From Candidatus Bathyarchaeota archaeon (lineage in GTDB: Archaea > Thermoproteota > Bathyarchaeia > TCS64), in contig CAVYVF010000023.1 of the NCBI GenBank assembly GCA_963771885.1, positions 704,001-768,000 on the forward strand: a stretch of 64,000 nucleotides of DNA. Reading direction: 5' to 3'. The translations under genes and the position numbers were made by a program. How positions within the stretch are numbered: the first letter of the stretch is position 1; each line of letters begins with the position of its first letter. The notes under the pieces are model-generated. The model was not told the DNA's origin and made no database searches. It was given only the letters and a program-made list of their open reading frames with translations. Shown here piece by piece: positions 18,865 to 29,244 of this stretch.

Positions 18865-19546
18865 CAACGTAATCGAACTAAAGGGGTTGAAGAGGCACTA
18901 CGACATCGGCGGAGAGACGGTGAAGGCACTCGACGGCGTCGACCTCACCATCGGCCGCGGCGAGTACGTCAGCCTCGTCGGCCCAAGCGGCTCCGGGAAG
19001 ACCACCCTCTTCAACATGATAGGCGGCCTCGACCGCCCAACTGAGGGAAGCGTCCTCATAGACGGCGTCGACATAAGCAAGCTCGACGCCTACGAGCTCG
19101 CCTGGCTCCGCTGCCGCCGAATCGGCTACATCTTCCAGAGCTTCAACCTCATAACAGTCCTCACGGCGCTTGAGAACGTCGCCCTCCCAACCGTCTTCGC
19201 GGGCACACCCCACGACGAGGGCATAAAGAAGGCGCAGAAGCTACTCGAAAGCGTCGGCCTCGGTGCCCGCCTCCACCACAAACCTACCCAACTCAGCGCT
19301 GGGCAGCAGCAGCGCGTCGCCATAGCCCGAGCCCTCGCAAACGACCCCGCCATAATACTCGCCGACGAGCCCACCGGCAACCTCGACCTCAACACGGGAA
19401 CAGAGATCATAGACCTCCTCCACGGCCTCAACAAGACGCGGGGCCTAACCCTCGTCGCCGCCACGCACGACCTAAAGATGATCAAAGCCTCGGACCGCGT
19501 CGTATGGATGCGCGACGGTGCCATCGAGAAAATAGAGCGCGGCTAA
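18854..19546 (+). CDS. ABC ATP-binding protein, LolD/MacB family
   Basis: GPSGSGKT, IGYIFQSFNL, LSAGQQQRV, ILADEPTGNLD, ATHD. Confidence 0.95.
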   Translation: MSFDNVIELKGLKRHYDIGGETVKALDGVDLTIGRGEYVSLVGPSGSGKTTLFNMIGGLDRPTEGSVLIDGVDISKLDAYELAWLRCRRIGYIFQSFNLITVLTALENVALPTVFAGTPHDEGIKKAQKLLESVGLGARLHHKPTQLSAGQQQRVAIARALANDPAIILADEPTGNLDLNTGTEIIDLLHGLNKTRGLTLVAATHDLKMIKASDRVVWMRDGAIEKIERG

Positions 19547-19575
19547 GACAAACGGTGGCGAGGGATCACCCCTAC

Positions 19576-22353
19576 TCACCGTGGGCGGTTGCTCCACTCC
19601 ATCGTGATGAGACGAATCAGCGTCCCCGTCTCATGCGCCCAGTCCTCCCCACCGGCAGACTCTAGGCGCACAACGTAGACGCCGTCGCTTGGCTCGACGT
19701 AGACCGAGTTCTTCGTGTAGAAGTTGCCAGTCGTCGCCTGGTAGGACTTGTAGATGAACGAGATGATCCTCGCCTCACCCCTCCTCTCAATGGCGACTCT
19801 CGCCGTCAGCCTCACCTGGTCGTGCTCCAGCTCCTTGAGCCTATCCAACATGTAGTCTACATAGCTGTCGACGTCCGCCGCCTCCATCTTGACGGGGACG
19901 GGGATGATCCACGGTGCGTTGAAGCCGCCCTGTCCCTCGACCATTTTCCACTTGCGCGTCAGGCTCGGGGTGATAACGATGCTGCTCCTGAGGGCGGCGA
20001 AGGCGCCGACGAGGACCGCGGAGATGCTTATTCCGATCGCCGCGAGGGTCCACACGGCGGAGACCTTCTGGTGTACCTCAAGCGCCAGCCCCAGCGCCGG
20101 CATCAGCGTGTAGAGGCTGAGCCCTGCCAGGTAGCCAAGCCCGCCCGCTATGAAGCCGGTTATCGACGCCTCCGCCACGAAGATTGAGGCGATCTCCGCC
20201 GGGTTCAGCCCAACGGAGCTGAGTATGCTGATCTCGCGCCTCCTCTCGAAGAGGGAGTTGAGCATGGTGACCACTACGTTGAGCACGACTATCGCCCACG
20301 GGATTACGAGGGGCAGTCCCTTTCCCTCGAGGTAGCTGCCGAGGGCGGAGAAGACGACGCCCGTACCAGAGGCTGACCACGTCAGGTAGCCCCGCTGCAG
20401 GGCGAGCCTCTCGGCGAAGGCGTCCCGCCCCTCCTCTACCGCCAGCGCTATCCTCGTGACCCCGAGAGACCTCGTCAGCCTCGCTGTCGAGTAGTCGACG
20501 AGCGCCGCCTCAGACGCGAGGGTCGCCTGCCTCTCCCAGTAGGCTGGGTCGCCCGGCGGGCTCAGGTTCACCCACTTGTCGGGTATGTACGTGGTGCCGT
20601 CGAGGTCGGTTAATGCGGAGAAGGAGGCGTCGTCAAGCAACCCGGAGAGAGTCAGCACGCGGTCTCGTAGCCGGACAATATCGCCGAGATTGAGCCCCAG
20701 CTTCGTAGCGAGGGAGACACTAAGCGCCACTTCGCCGGGTCCCGGAAGAGTCCCAGAGGAGAGAGCCGAGCCCAGGGGGACGACCCGCGACTCGTTAGCG
20801 ACGTTCACACCGATTATCGAGTATATCCTGTTCCCAGAGAGCGAGGTGAGCGGGGACTGCTGGGGGACATTCTCGATCTTCACCGAGACTCCCTCTACCT
20901 CCCCGTGCCCGAGAATCCACTCTACCTCCGAGTCGACGAACTCCATGAACGTGGGCTCCGCCAACGTCCACGTCGAGGCACGGAGCAGCACACCCTCGTG
21001 GGGCGTGAGCGTTGTTGACCTCACGACCATGAGCCCATAGCCCTCCGAGAGAGAAGTGAGTGAAACGAAGCTCATCACAAGTACTGTCAGCGAGATGAGT
21101 GTAAGGGCGAAGCGCAACCTACGCCTCTTTAAACTCCTCTTAGCTATGCTGAAAACCGGGACGAGGACGCCGCCGACGCTTACCCTCCCGTTCCCACCTC
21201 CACCGCCGATTAACCGGGGGATGAACACCGCCGCCACCACGACCACGACGTAGGACACGGCCGACGTCAGCAGCAGTCCCTGCAGGGGCGTCGCCCCGAC
21301 TCCGGGGTAGACCTTCCATAGCAGTAGCAGGGAGGCGACGTAAACTACCGCCCCTAAAGCAATCTGCAGCCGCGTCGAGTCTACTAGCAGGAACCCAGCC
21401 GTGACCGAGGCTAGGGCAAGGAACCCTATGATTATGTAGACGCTGGACGTTGCGTCAAGTGCGAGGTTGCTCAACTCCCCGAGGGTGCTCCTCGCGTCAA
21501 TGTAACTCCTCTTCGCGAAGTCGAAGCCCGCGGCGAAGTCTCCCTCCTCGTACCTCTGCTGCGCCGCCTCGTAGCCCGCGACGGCCCTCGCCAGTATCCC
21601 CTTCTCCCTGACTAGGTAGAAGCCCTGCCCCTCCATCGAGAGGATTCTAGCGGAGGCATCCGAGATGGCGGACGCGACGAGGCCGAGGTTATACTCAAGG
21701 GTGACCCCCATCACTGGGAACTCTGTGAGTGTGCCCGCGCCGAGGGGCTGCTGGACAACCGAGGAGGCGGCTTTTGTCGTCACCTTCGTCCCAACGAGTA
21801 TCGACGCCCCGATCCAGACCCGATACTCAGCACCCGCGGGGGCTATCACCGTCGCGGCAGGAAGGTTCGGAACAGCGATCGAGTTCGTCGTCTTTGATCC
21901 AAAGACGAGCGGGTATCCACTCGGCGAGAGCAGCGTCCCGTTGGCACCCGAAACTTGGTAGCTGTAGGAGACTGGGATATTGTCAGTGTCCACGAAGAGG
22001 AGGTCGCCCTCCATGCGTAGGGATGCGGCGGGGAGAAGGGCGATTTCCACTGGGCCCTCTGAGACACCTATGAGGGCGGGGACGTAGTCGTACCCGGGCG
22101 TTGAGGGGTCGTCCAGGTAGACGAGGACCTTAGAGACTCCCGGGTCGAGGGGGAGCGTCCACGAGCCATCCGTTGAGGCTGTCACCGTCTTCACAATCTG
22201 GTTATTCGCTACGGTGGAGACGTTGGCCCGGAGCGGCTCGCCGCCTACACCGGTGACTTTCCCCGAGACCGTATCCTGAGCAGCAACACACGGCACCGAG
22301 AGGGTCATGGCGAACAAAAGCACTAGGGCGAGTGAAGCGAGCCTACGCGTCAA
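19576..22353 (-). CDS. Large FtsX-like ABC permease with N-terminal extracellular domains
   Basis: Signal peptide, beta-sandwich VSGKVTGVGGEPL, TM bundle, MLNSLFERRREISILSSVGLNP; start TTG 22353 inferred. Confidence 0.85.
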   Translation of the reverse strand: MTRRLASLALVLLFAMTLSVPCVAAQDTVSGKVTGVGGEPLRANVSTVANNQIVKTVTASTDGSWTLPLDPGVSKVLVYLDDPSTPGYDYVPALIGVSEGPVEIALLPAASLRMEGDLLFVDTDNIPVSYSYQVSGANGTLLSPSGYPLVFGSKTTNSIAVPNLPAATVIAPAGAEYRVWIGASILVGTKVTTKAASSVVQQPLGAGTLTEFPVMGVTLEYNLGLVASAISDASARILSMEGQGFYLVREKGILARAVAGYEAAQQRYEEGDFAAGFDFAKRSYIDARSTLGELSNLALDATSSVYIIIGFLALASVTAGFLLVDSTRLQIALGAVVYVASLLLLWKVYPGVGATPLQGLLLTSAVSYVVVVVAAVFIPRLIGGGGGNGRVSVGGVLVPVFSIAKRSLKRRRLRFALTLISLTVLVMSFVSLTSLSEGYGLMVVRSTTLTPHEGVLLRASTWTLAEPTFMEFVDSEVEWILGHGEVEGVSVKIENVPQQSPLTSLSGNRIYSIIGVNVANESRVVPLGSALSSGTLPGPGEVALSVSLATKLGLNLGDIVRLRDRVLTLSGLLDDASFSALTDLDGTTYIPDKWVNLSPPGDPAYWERQATLASEAALVDYSTARLTRSLGVTRIALAVEEGRDAFAERLALQRGYLTWSASGTGVVFSALGSYLEGKGLPLVIPWAIVVLNVVVTMLNSLFERRREISILSSVGLNPAEIASIFVAEASITGFIAGGLGYLAGLSLYTLMPALGLALEVHQKVSAVWTLAAIGISISAVLVGAFAALRSSIVITPSLTRKWKMVEGQGGFNAPWIIPVPVKMEAADVDSYVDYMLDRLKELEHDQVRLTARVAIERRGEARIISFIYKSYQATTGNFYTKNSVYVEPSDGVYVVRLESAGGEDWAHETGTLIRLITMEWSNRPR

Positions 22354-22424
22354 TCCAGCGACCCCAATCCACCCATAATGCCGCGCCTCGGTAAAAAGCT
22401 TAAGCGGGCTCTGCAAAATACCGT

Positions 22425-22811
22425 GTGGTGCCCACAACGAGACTCAGGATAATCACGAAGAGCGCCGGCACGCTCACGGCGGAGCTAACGGGCGAGAACC
22501 CAGAGACCGCCAAGGCCTTCGTTTCCAAGCTCCCCATAGAGGGCAGGGCGAACACTTGGGGCGACGAGATCTATTTCACGATCCCCGTCGACGCTGGGGA
22601 AGAGTCACCGAAACAGGTTGTGGAGGTCGGCGACGTCGCCTACTGGCCCCCGGGGAAGGCCCTCTGCCTCTTCTTCGGCCCCACGCCCGCCAGCAGGGGC
22701 GGGGATATACGCCCAGCAAGCCCCGTCAACGTTTTCGCGAGGATAACAGGCGACCCCAAGCTCCTCAAACTCGTCCCCGCGAGTGAGAGGATACGCGTCG
22801 AGGGCGGCTAG
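22425..22811 (+). CDS. Cyclophilin-like fold protein (DUF369-like)
   Basis: WGDEIYF, GDVAYWPPGKALCLFFGPTP, PASPVN. Confidence 0.88.
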   Translation: MVPTTRLRIITKSAGTLTAELTGENPETAKAFVSKLPIEGRANTWGDEIYFTIPVDAGEESPKQVVEVGDVAYWPPGKALCLFFGPTPASRGGDIRPASPVNVFARITGDPKLLKLVPASERIRVEGG

Positions 22812-23080
22812 TCCGCAGTGAGCCTAAACTTCTCGGCGAGGTTCCGCGACAGCTCGTCAGCACTGTATCCCACCTGTCAAAGGTACACATGTCAATAAGA
22901 TCGCGGGCGCGAAATGTCGAGACGACTATCTCAAAGCCCTCCACGCCGCTCCGCTGTTATCCTGAAGGCCTCTACATTCAAGTTGCATCGGCGTAGACAA
23001 AGTTCTAGGATGGATATTATTTATTATATACTGAATGTATTCGGGGGATTTTATATGGCGGGTGGGCGTCTGGCTATGCG

Positions 23081-23920
23081 ATGGGCAGAATAGGCGGCTT
23101 CCTACGGATAATACGTCCCGTGAACTCGGTTATGCTCGGGGCGGCGATCCTCGTGGGCGTCGCAATGGCAGGTGGCGCTAACGGTCCCCTCCTGAGCCTT
23201 GCCCTGGTCTTCCTCACTGGCTTCACCCTCACAGGCGCAGCCATGGTCATAAACGACTACTACGACCGCGACATCGACGCCGTCAACGAGCCGGGGCGCC
23301 CCATTCCGAGCGGCGAGGTGAAGCCACGCGAAGCCGTCGCCTACTCGATTCTCCTCAGCGCCGTCGGACTCGCAGCAGCCGGTCTTACGAGCATTTCAGC
23401 CCTTGGCGTCGCTGCCCTATCATGGATCCTGATGATGACCTACTCAGCGTGGGGGAAACGGATGGGCTTCTTCGGCAACCTGATGGTGAGCACCTGCATA
23501 GGACTACCCTTCGTCTACGGGGGTATAGTGGTTGGTAACGTCTCAACGTCACTGCTCTTCAGCGCCCTCGCATTCCTATCGAACACGGGACGGGAGGTGA
23601 CGAAAGGGATAGTTGACACAGAGGGAGACTCCTCCCGGGGCGTGAATACGGTCGCCGTGGTATACGGCGTGGATCGGGCCGCACAGGTCGCCTCAGCATT
23701 CTACATCATCGCCGTCGCAGCCTCTACGCTTCCACTGATCCTGAACATCGTGAGCGTCTGGTATTTGCCCTTCGTCGTGGTGACCGACGCCGGCCTCATC
23801 TACAGCGCATACACCCTTCTCCGCGACCACAGTCGCGAGACGAGCAGGAGGGTGAAGAACCAGGTCTTGTATTGGATGCTTTTTGGGCTCCTCGCCTTCT
23901 CGGCGGGGACCCTGTTATAA
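23081..23920 (+). CDS. UbiA prenyltransferase, likely digeranylgeranylglyceryl phosphate synthase
   Basis: INDYYDRDIDAVNEPGRPIPSG and REVTKGIVDTEGD; multiple TM helices. Confidence 0.9.
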   Translation: MGRIGGFLRIIRPVNSVMLGAAILVGVAMAGGANGPLLSLALVFLTGFTLTGAAMVINDYYDRDIDAVNEPGRPIPSGEVKPREAVAYSILLSAVGLAAAGLTSISALGVAALSWILMMTYSAWGKRMGFFGNLMVSTCIGLPFVYGGIVVGNVSTSLLFSALAFLSNTGREVTKGIVDTEGDSSRGVNTVAVVYGVDRAAQVASAFYIIAVAASTLPLILNIVSVWYLPFVVVTDAGLIYSAYTLLRDHSRETSRRVKNQVLYWMLFGLLAFSAGTLL

Positions 23921-23930
23921 AAAACTAGGC

Positions 23931-24542
23931 TTAACGTGAGGAGAGCGCTACGCGCTCCATCTCGCGCTTGCGGCGGACGCCGAAGCTGTTACCGTCGTTC
24001 TGCGCAGCGCCGATTATCTGGTCGGCGATGATCTCCTCGAAGGTCTTCCTGTTACCGAAGGTCTGCTCCTTTATGCCCCTCGAGATGAACCTGAGGGCGA
24101 GGTCGATCCTCCTCTGCGGGGAGATGTCGACCGCGAGGCGGTAGACGACGCCACCGTAGCCGATGCGCGTCGTGTCCTCGTTGGGGGCGCAGTTCTCAAC
24201 GGCTCGGACCAGCATCTCGATCGGGTTCCTCCCGCTCTTGACATTGACTATCTTGAAGGCCGTCCTCACAGCGTTGGTCACGCGTGGCTTGTCGCCGCCG
24301 CTGCTCCCAGGCTTGAGTATGCCGTTCACGAGGCGCTCCACGATACTCATCTCGCTCTTCTGGAACTTCCTGGCCTCGTGGCGACCACCGGAGTGGGGCA
24401 TGAAGACGGGGGCGACCTTTAGGTACCTCTTGAGGCCGGGGTCCCGGACCTCTATGTTCTCGAAGCTCCACTCGCCGAACAGCTTGATACCGCCTGTCCC
24501 CGCCGTAGTGGCCTCGATTGTTACTTCTGGTTCTTCGCTCAC
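23931..24542 (-). CDS. rps7: 30S ribosomal protein S7 (uS7)
   Basis: KLFGEW, PHSGGRH, GGVVYRLAVDISPQRR, ERVALSSR; start GTG 24542 inferred. Confidence 0.96.
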   Translation of the reverse strand: MSEEPEVTIEATTAGTGGIKLFGEWSFENIEVRDPGLKRYLKVAPVFMPHSGGRHEARKFQKSEMSIVERLVNGILKPGSSGGDKPRVTNAVRTAFKIVNVKSGRNPIEMLVRAVENCAPNEDTTRIGYGGVVYRLAVDISPQRRIDLALRFISRGIKEQTFGNRKTFEEIIADQIIGAAQNDGNSFGVRRKREMERVALSSR

Positions 24543-24649
24543 TTGGCCGAATCGCCTCGGATTGCAGAGGGGAAGAGTGGGAACGTGAATAAAAGGCTTA
24601 CCGAAGCGTGAACAACCTTTTAACCCCGCGTCCGGTCCCACTAGGCGAA

Positions 24650-25846
24650 ATGTCCCTCAAGGACTACAAGCTCTCCTACATACTTCTATGTGTCATCGGA
24701 CTCGCCGCGATGTTCAGCACGAGCCTCGTAAACCCCCTGCTCTCGATATTCGCGAAGGAGATCGGCGCTGTCGGCGTCATGATAGGTTTCTCGGTCGCCG
24801 GTTACTGGGTCGCGAGGGTGCTCCTTGAAATACCGAGCGGCTTCATCTCGGCGCGCTACGGCTACTACATGCCTATGCTTCTGGGGCTTATCCTGACAAC
24901 CGCTGGCACGTTCTGGAACGCCTTCGTCACAGACCCCTACCAACTCATCCTCGCGCGCGCCCTGCAGGGTCTCGGGGCACCGCTATTCTTCGCCGTCTCC
25001 ATGACATTCATCGTCAACATGTTCAGCGCTGAAAAACGCGGCGCGGCGATGGGCCTCTTCCAAGGCGTCGAGTTCGGGGGCAGCATCCTCGGCTCGACGT
25101 TCAGCGGTTACATAATCACGGCGCTCGGCTTCCAAGGCGGCTTCTTCCTGTCAACGGCGCTCTGCGCCATAGCCGTCCTGCTCCTCGCCATACCCCCAAA
25201 TGTGAGGCACGAATCCTCGACGATGCCTAAGATTCCCGCCATGAAGCTCTCCTCACTCCCCAAGGTTTTCAAGAACAAGATACTCATCATAGTCTCCTTC
25301 GCGACCCTCATGGAGTTCGTGCTCAGCAGCGGCGTCATCTACACTATCTACCCACTCTTCGCTAAGGAGAACCTCGGCATGTCACTTACCGATATCGGCC
25401 TCATAATGGGCGCCAGGTCACTCGGCTACGTCATCGCGATGCTGATAATGGGTTCAATAGCCGACAGGATCGGGAGGAAGCCCGTCCTACTCTTCGGCAT
25501 GGCGAGCACCGCCGTCATGGCGGTCGTGCTCAACTTCGCCTCGGGGATCTTCATGACCGCCGCCGTCCTCTTCTGCATAGGTATCACGACGGGCGCCATC
25601 TGGATAGTCTGTCCCGTCATAGCCGCGGAGGCAGTTGAGCCCGAGAACAGGGGTGCAGCCATCGGCACCTATAGGACCTTCTTCGACTTAGGCTCCATCT
25701 TCGGCCCGATAATTATGACATACATCATGGGCGTATACGGCATAACGACATGCTTCTACCTCTCAGCTGTCCTGTTGGCGATAGCCTTCGTGCCGTGCCT
25801 CAAGGTTGAGGAGACGAAAAAGATCGGGACCGTCGTGGTCCATTAA
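24650..25846 (+). CDS. MFS transporter
   Basis: About 12 hydrophobic segments; GSIADRIGRK motif A; ARALQGLG. Confidence 0.93.
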   Translation: MSLKDYKLSYILLCVIGLAAMFSTSLVNPLLSIFAKEIGAVGVMIGFSVAGYWVARVLLEIPSGFISARYGYYMPMLLGLILTTAGTFWNAFVTDPYQLILARALQGLGAPLFFAVSMTFIVNMFSAEKRGAAMGLFQGVEFGGSILGSTFSGYIITALGFQGGFFLSTALCAIAVLLLAIPPNVRHESSTMPKIPAMKLSSLPKVFKNKILIIVSFATLMEFVLSSGVIYTIYPLFAKENLGMSLTDIGLIMGARSLGYVIAMLIMGSIADRIGRKPVLLFGMASTAVMAVVLNFASGIFMTAAVLFCIGITTGAIWIVCPVIAAEAVEPENRGAAIGTYRTFFDLGSIFGPIIMTYIMGVYGITTCFYLSAVLLAIAFVPCLKVEETKKIGTVVVH

Positions 25847-25864
25847 GAACTTGAACGACCCGTT

Positions 25865-26305
25865 TTACCGGGTAGGCTTCTGAATCTTGCCGACGACCAA
25901 GAGGTTGAGCGGCACACCGTTCACTGCGTTCACCTTGTAGCGTACGCCGGGAATGTCGCCCATCGAGCGGCTGCGGGGGCCGCTGATGCCCTCGATCGTG
26001 ACCTCGTCGTGCTCGTCGACGAAGTTCAGTGCGCCGTCGCCTGGCAGGAAAGCCGTGGCGAGGCGGCCGTTCTTGATGATCTGGATGCGAACACACTTGC
26101 GAATTGCGGAGTTTGGCTGCTTGGACTCGACGCCGACCTTTTGGAGTACGATACCCCTACCCATGGGTGCGCCCTGGAGTAGGTCCTTCTTCTGCGCCTT
26201 GCGCCTCATGCGTAGGACAAAGTCCTTGCTCTTGTACCGCATGTTTCTCCTGTTATTCTTGAGCCTGCGGCCGGCGAACATACCGTTAGTCAAGCGATTC
26301 TCCAC
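25865..26305 (-). CDS. rps12: 30S ribosomal protein S12 (uS12)
   Basis: [27 protein letters not shown]. Confidence 0.97.
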   Translation of the reverse strand: MENRLTNGMFAGRRLKNNRRNMRYKSKDFVLRMRRKAQKKDLLQGAPMGRGIVLQKVGVESKQPNSAIRKCVRIQIIKNGRLATAFLPGDGALNFVDEHDEVTIEGISGPRSRSMGDIPGVRYKVNAVNGVPLNLLVVGKIQKPTR

Positions 26306-26478
26306 CTTCCGGTGTCGGCTGGTATGTTTAAACTTTACGCATTAACGCTTGGACGCTCTCACGAGTGTGCTGAGCCGGGGGATAAGTTCCGAAACCGCGC
26401 GGATCAGTATGGTTTATACATGTGAACCGAACCTTTTTATCCACCATCCAAGTCGGATTGAGTAAGGAGATTAGATAA

Positions 26479-27774
26479 ATGAGCGGAAAAGAGAAGCCAC
26501 ACATTAACCTGATCATCGTAGGACACGTTGATCACGGTAAGAGCACAAGCATCGGCCACCTGTTCTACGACGCCGGCGCGATCGACGAGAAGTACGCGAA
26601 GGACATGGAGGCAGAGGCGAAGTCCATCGGCAAGGAGTCCTTCAAGTACGCATGGCTCCTCGACAGGCTCAAGGAGGAGCGCGAACGTGGTATCACGATC
26701 GACCTCGCCTTCTACAAGCTCGAGACGGCGAAGAACTTCTTCACCGTCATCGACAGCCCCGGCCACCGCGACTTCGTCAAGAACATGGTCACGGGCGCGA
26801 GCCAGGCAGACGGCGCCATCCTCCTCATCTCCGCCAAGAAGGGCGAGTTTGAGGCAGGGACCAACCCAGGCGGCCAGACGCGTGAGCACGCCTTCCTCGC
26901 TAAGACGCTGGGCGTAAACCAGATCGTCGTCGCCGTCAACAAGATGGACGACCCCACCGTAGCCTGGAGCGAGCAGCGCTTCCAGGAGGTAAGGGACGGC
27001 GTCACGCGCCTCCTCCAGATGGTCGGCTACGACACCAGCAAGACCAACTTCGTCCCCACCAGCGGCTGGGGCGGCGACAACCTCGTCAAGAGGAGCGCCA
27101 ACATGGCCTGGTACAAGGGCCCGACACTCATCGAGGCACTCGACAACTTCGTCATGCCCGCAAAGCCAACCGACAAGCCCCTCCGCCTGCCCGTTCAGGA
27201 AGTCTACACCATCCGTGGTGTCGGCACAACCCCAGTCGGGAAGGTAGAGACCGGCGTGCTCAAGGTAGGCGACGACATCGTCTTCATGCCCAGCGGCGAG
27301 AAGGGGAAGGTCAACAGCATCGAGACCCACTACACGCGCCTAGAGAAGGCGGGCCCAGGTGACAACATCGGCTTCAACGTCAAAGGCGTAGACCGCGAAA
27401 AGGTAAAGCGCGGCGAGGTCGCCAGTCACACCAACACCCCCTGCAAGGTCGCTAAGTCGTTCAAGGGCAGGATCTTCATAATCCACCACCCAACGGCGGT
27501 CGGCCCAGGCTACACCCCCGTACTACACATCCACACCGCCCAAGTCGCGGTCAAGTTCGAGGCAATCGAGGCCAAACTCGACCCTAGGACTGGACAGGTA
27601 GTGGAGCAGAACCCCACCTACCTCAGGACCGGTGAGGCGGCGATAGTAAAGTTCACGCCCCTCATCCCGATCGCCATCGAGGCGTTCAAGGACTTCCCAC
27701 AGCTCGGCAGGTTCGCCCTGCGCGACATGGGCACGACCATCGGCGCCGGCATCGTCCTCGAAGTCGAGAGCTAA
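26479..27774 (+). CDS. tuf: Translation elongation factor EF-1alpha
   Basis: GHVDHGKST, ERERGITID, PGHRDF, NKMD, LGRFALRDMG. Confidence 0.98.
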   Translation: MSGKEKPHINLIIVGHVDHGKSTSIGHLFYDAGAIDEKYAKDMEAEAKSIGKESFKYAWLLDRLKEERERGITIDLAFYKLETAKNFFTVIDSPGHRDFVKNMVTGASQADGAILLISAKKGEFEAGTNPGGQTREHAFLAKTLGVNQIVVAVNKMDDPTVAWSEQRFQEVRDGVTRLLQMVGYDTSKTNFVPTSGWGGDNLVKRSANMAWYKGPTLIEALDNFVMPAKPTDKPLRLPVQEVYTIRGVGTTPVGKVETGVLKVGDDIVFMPSGEKGKVNSIETHYTRLEKAGPGDNIGFNVKGVDREKVKRGEVASHTNTPCKVAKSFKGRIFIIHHPTAVGPGYTPVLHIHTAQVAVKFEAIEAKLDPRTGQVVEQNPTYLRTGEAAIVKFTPLIPIAIEAFKDFPQLGRFALRDMGTTIGAGIVLEVES

Positions 27775-27840
27775 ACCCTCTCGCAACCCCTTTTTCGATA
27801 CATTTAAGTTCTCAGCCCACTGATGAGACGGGGAATAGGT

Positions 27841-28149
27841 ATGGCGCGACGCGCACGCATCAAGCTCACGAGTGCCGACACCCAGAAACTCGAGGGTGTC
27901 TGCGACGAGATCAGGGACATCGCACAGAAGATAGGCGTCAAACTTGTAGGACCCATACCACTACCCACGAAGAAACTCCTCGTCCCCACAAGGAGGACGC
28001 CCTGCGGCGACGGCAGCAAGACGTGGGACAAGTACGAGATGAGGGTACACAAGAGGCTCATCGAGATCGACGCCCGCGACCGCGTCATGCGCAGCATAAT
28101 GCGCATCCGTGTACCCAACGAAGTCTACATCGAGATGGAGATAAAGTAG
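27841..28149 (+). CDS. rps10: 30S ribosomal protein S10 (uS10)
   Basis: GPIPLPTK, RRTPCGDG, YEMRVHKRLI. Confidence 0.97.
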   Translation: MARRARIKLTSADTQKLEGVCDEIRDIAQKIGVKLVGPIPLPTKKLLVPTRRTPCGDGSKTWDKYEMRVHKRLIEIDARDRVMRSIMRIRVPNEVYIEMEIK

Positions 28150-28249
28150 CTCCACCTACGTCTTCTAGCGACGTTTTCTACCCCATTTAGGGCAAGTGTT
28201 TTTAACGACATTCGTTCAACGGTTATCCCTTCCAAGGAAGCGTCAAACT

Positions 28250-29197
28250 ATGGGAAAGCGTGTCTTGGTCGCCCTCGGCGGGAACGCAATCAAGCAGCCC
28301 GACGAGAAAGGTACCTTCGAGGAACAGATGAAAAACGTCGAGACTGCCTCAAAACAGATAGCGCAGCTGGTGAGGCATGGCTACGAACTCGTCATCACAC
28401 ACGGCAACGGGCCTCAAGTGGGCAACCTCTCCATCCAACAAGAGGCGGCTGCTGACCAAGTGCCACCGCAGCCACTGGTCGTCCTCGGCGCGATGACGCA
28501 AGGCCAGATTGGCTACATGATGCAGCAGACCCTCCACAACATACTCGACGGCGACGGCAAGCAAGTCGCCACCATAGTCACGCAGGTGCTCGTCAGCCCA
28601 GAGGACCCCGACTTCCAGGACCCAACGAAGCCCGTCGGCCCATTCTACACGGAGGAGATCGCCAAGAAGCTCGCTGCTGAGCGCGGCTGGGTCGTCAAGA
28701 AGGTCCGCCCCACGGGTGACAAAACTTGGAGGCGTGTCGTGCCCTCACCCACGCCTCTCGGAATCGCCGAGGCGAAGGCGATCAGGACCATGGTCGAGGC
28801 GGGCATGATAGTTATAGCTTCGGGAGGAGGCGGCATACCCGTCTACAGGAACAAGTCGGGCAAACTGGAGGGCGTTGACGCAGTCATCGACAAAGACCGG
28901 GCGGGCGCAAAGCTCGCCGAAGAGGTCGGCTCAGACGTGCTCCTTATCCTCACCGACGTCGAGTATGCTATGATGGACTACGGTAAACCCACCCAGGCGC
29001 CGATACTAAAGATGACTGTCGCCGAGGCGAAGCAGCGCCTCAAGGAGGGTCACTTCGGCGCGGGCAGCATGGGCCCAAAGGTCGAGGCGGCGCTCGGCTT
29101 CGTAGAACGCGGCGGAGAGAGGGCGATAGTCACAAGCCTCGCCAAGGCAGTCGATGCCTTGGAGGGCAAGACCGGGACACACATAGTCCGCGCTTAG
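28250..29197 (+). CDS. arcC: Carbamate kinase
   Basis: ALGGNA, THGNGPQVG, PTKPVG, RRVVPSP, VIDKD, GSMGPK. Confidence 0.95.
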   Translation: MGKRVLVALGGNAIKQPDEKGTFEEQMKNVETASKQIAQLVRHGYELVITHGNGPQVGNLSIQQEAAADQVPPQPLVVLGAMTQGQIGYMMQQTLHNILDGDGKQVATIVTQVLVSPEDPDFQDPTKPVGPFYTEEIAKKLAAERGWVVKKVRPTGDKTWRRVVPSPTPLGIAEAKAIRTMVEAGMIVIASGGGGIPVYRNKSGKLEGVDAVIDKDRAGAKLAEEVGSDVLLILTDVEYAMMDYGKPTQAPILKMTVAEAKQRLKEGHFGAGSMGPKVEAALGFVERGGERAIVTSLAKAVDALEGKTGTHIVRA

Positions 29198-29244
29198 GCC
29201 TCCGTTGTATATCTAGCTAAAACCTCATTTTCAACCAATGAAAC

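Noticed and set aside
22809..22880. Minus-strand fragment QVGYSADELSRNLAEKFRLTAD*, possibly a gene 3' remnant
   Set aside because: Too short, preceded by a stop, and no family can be supported
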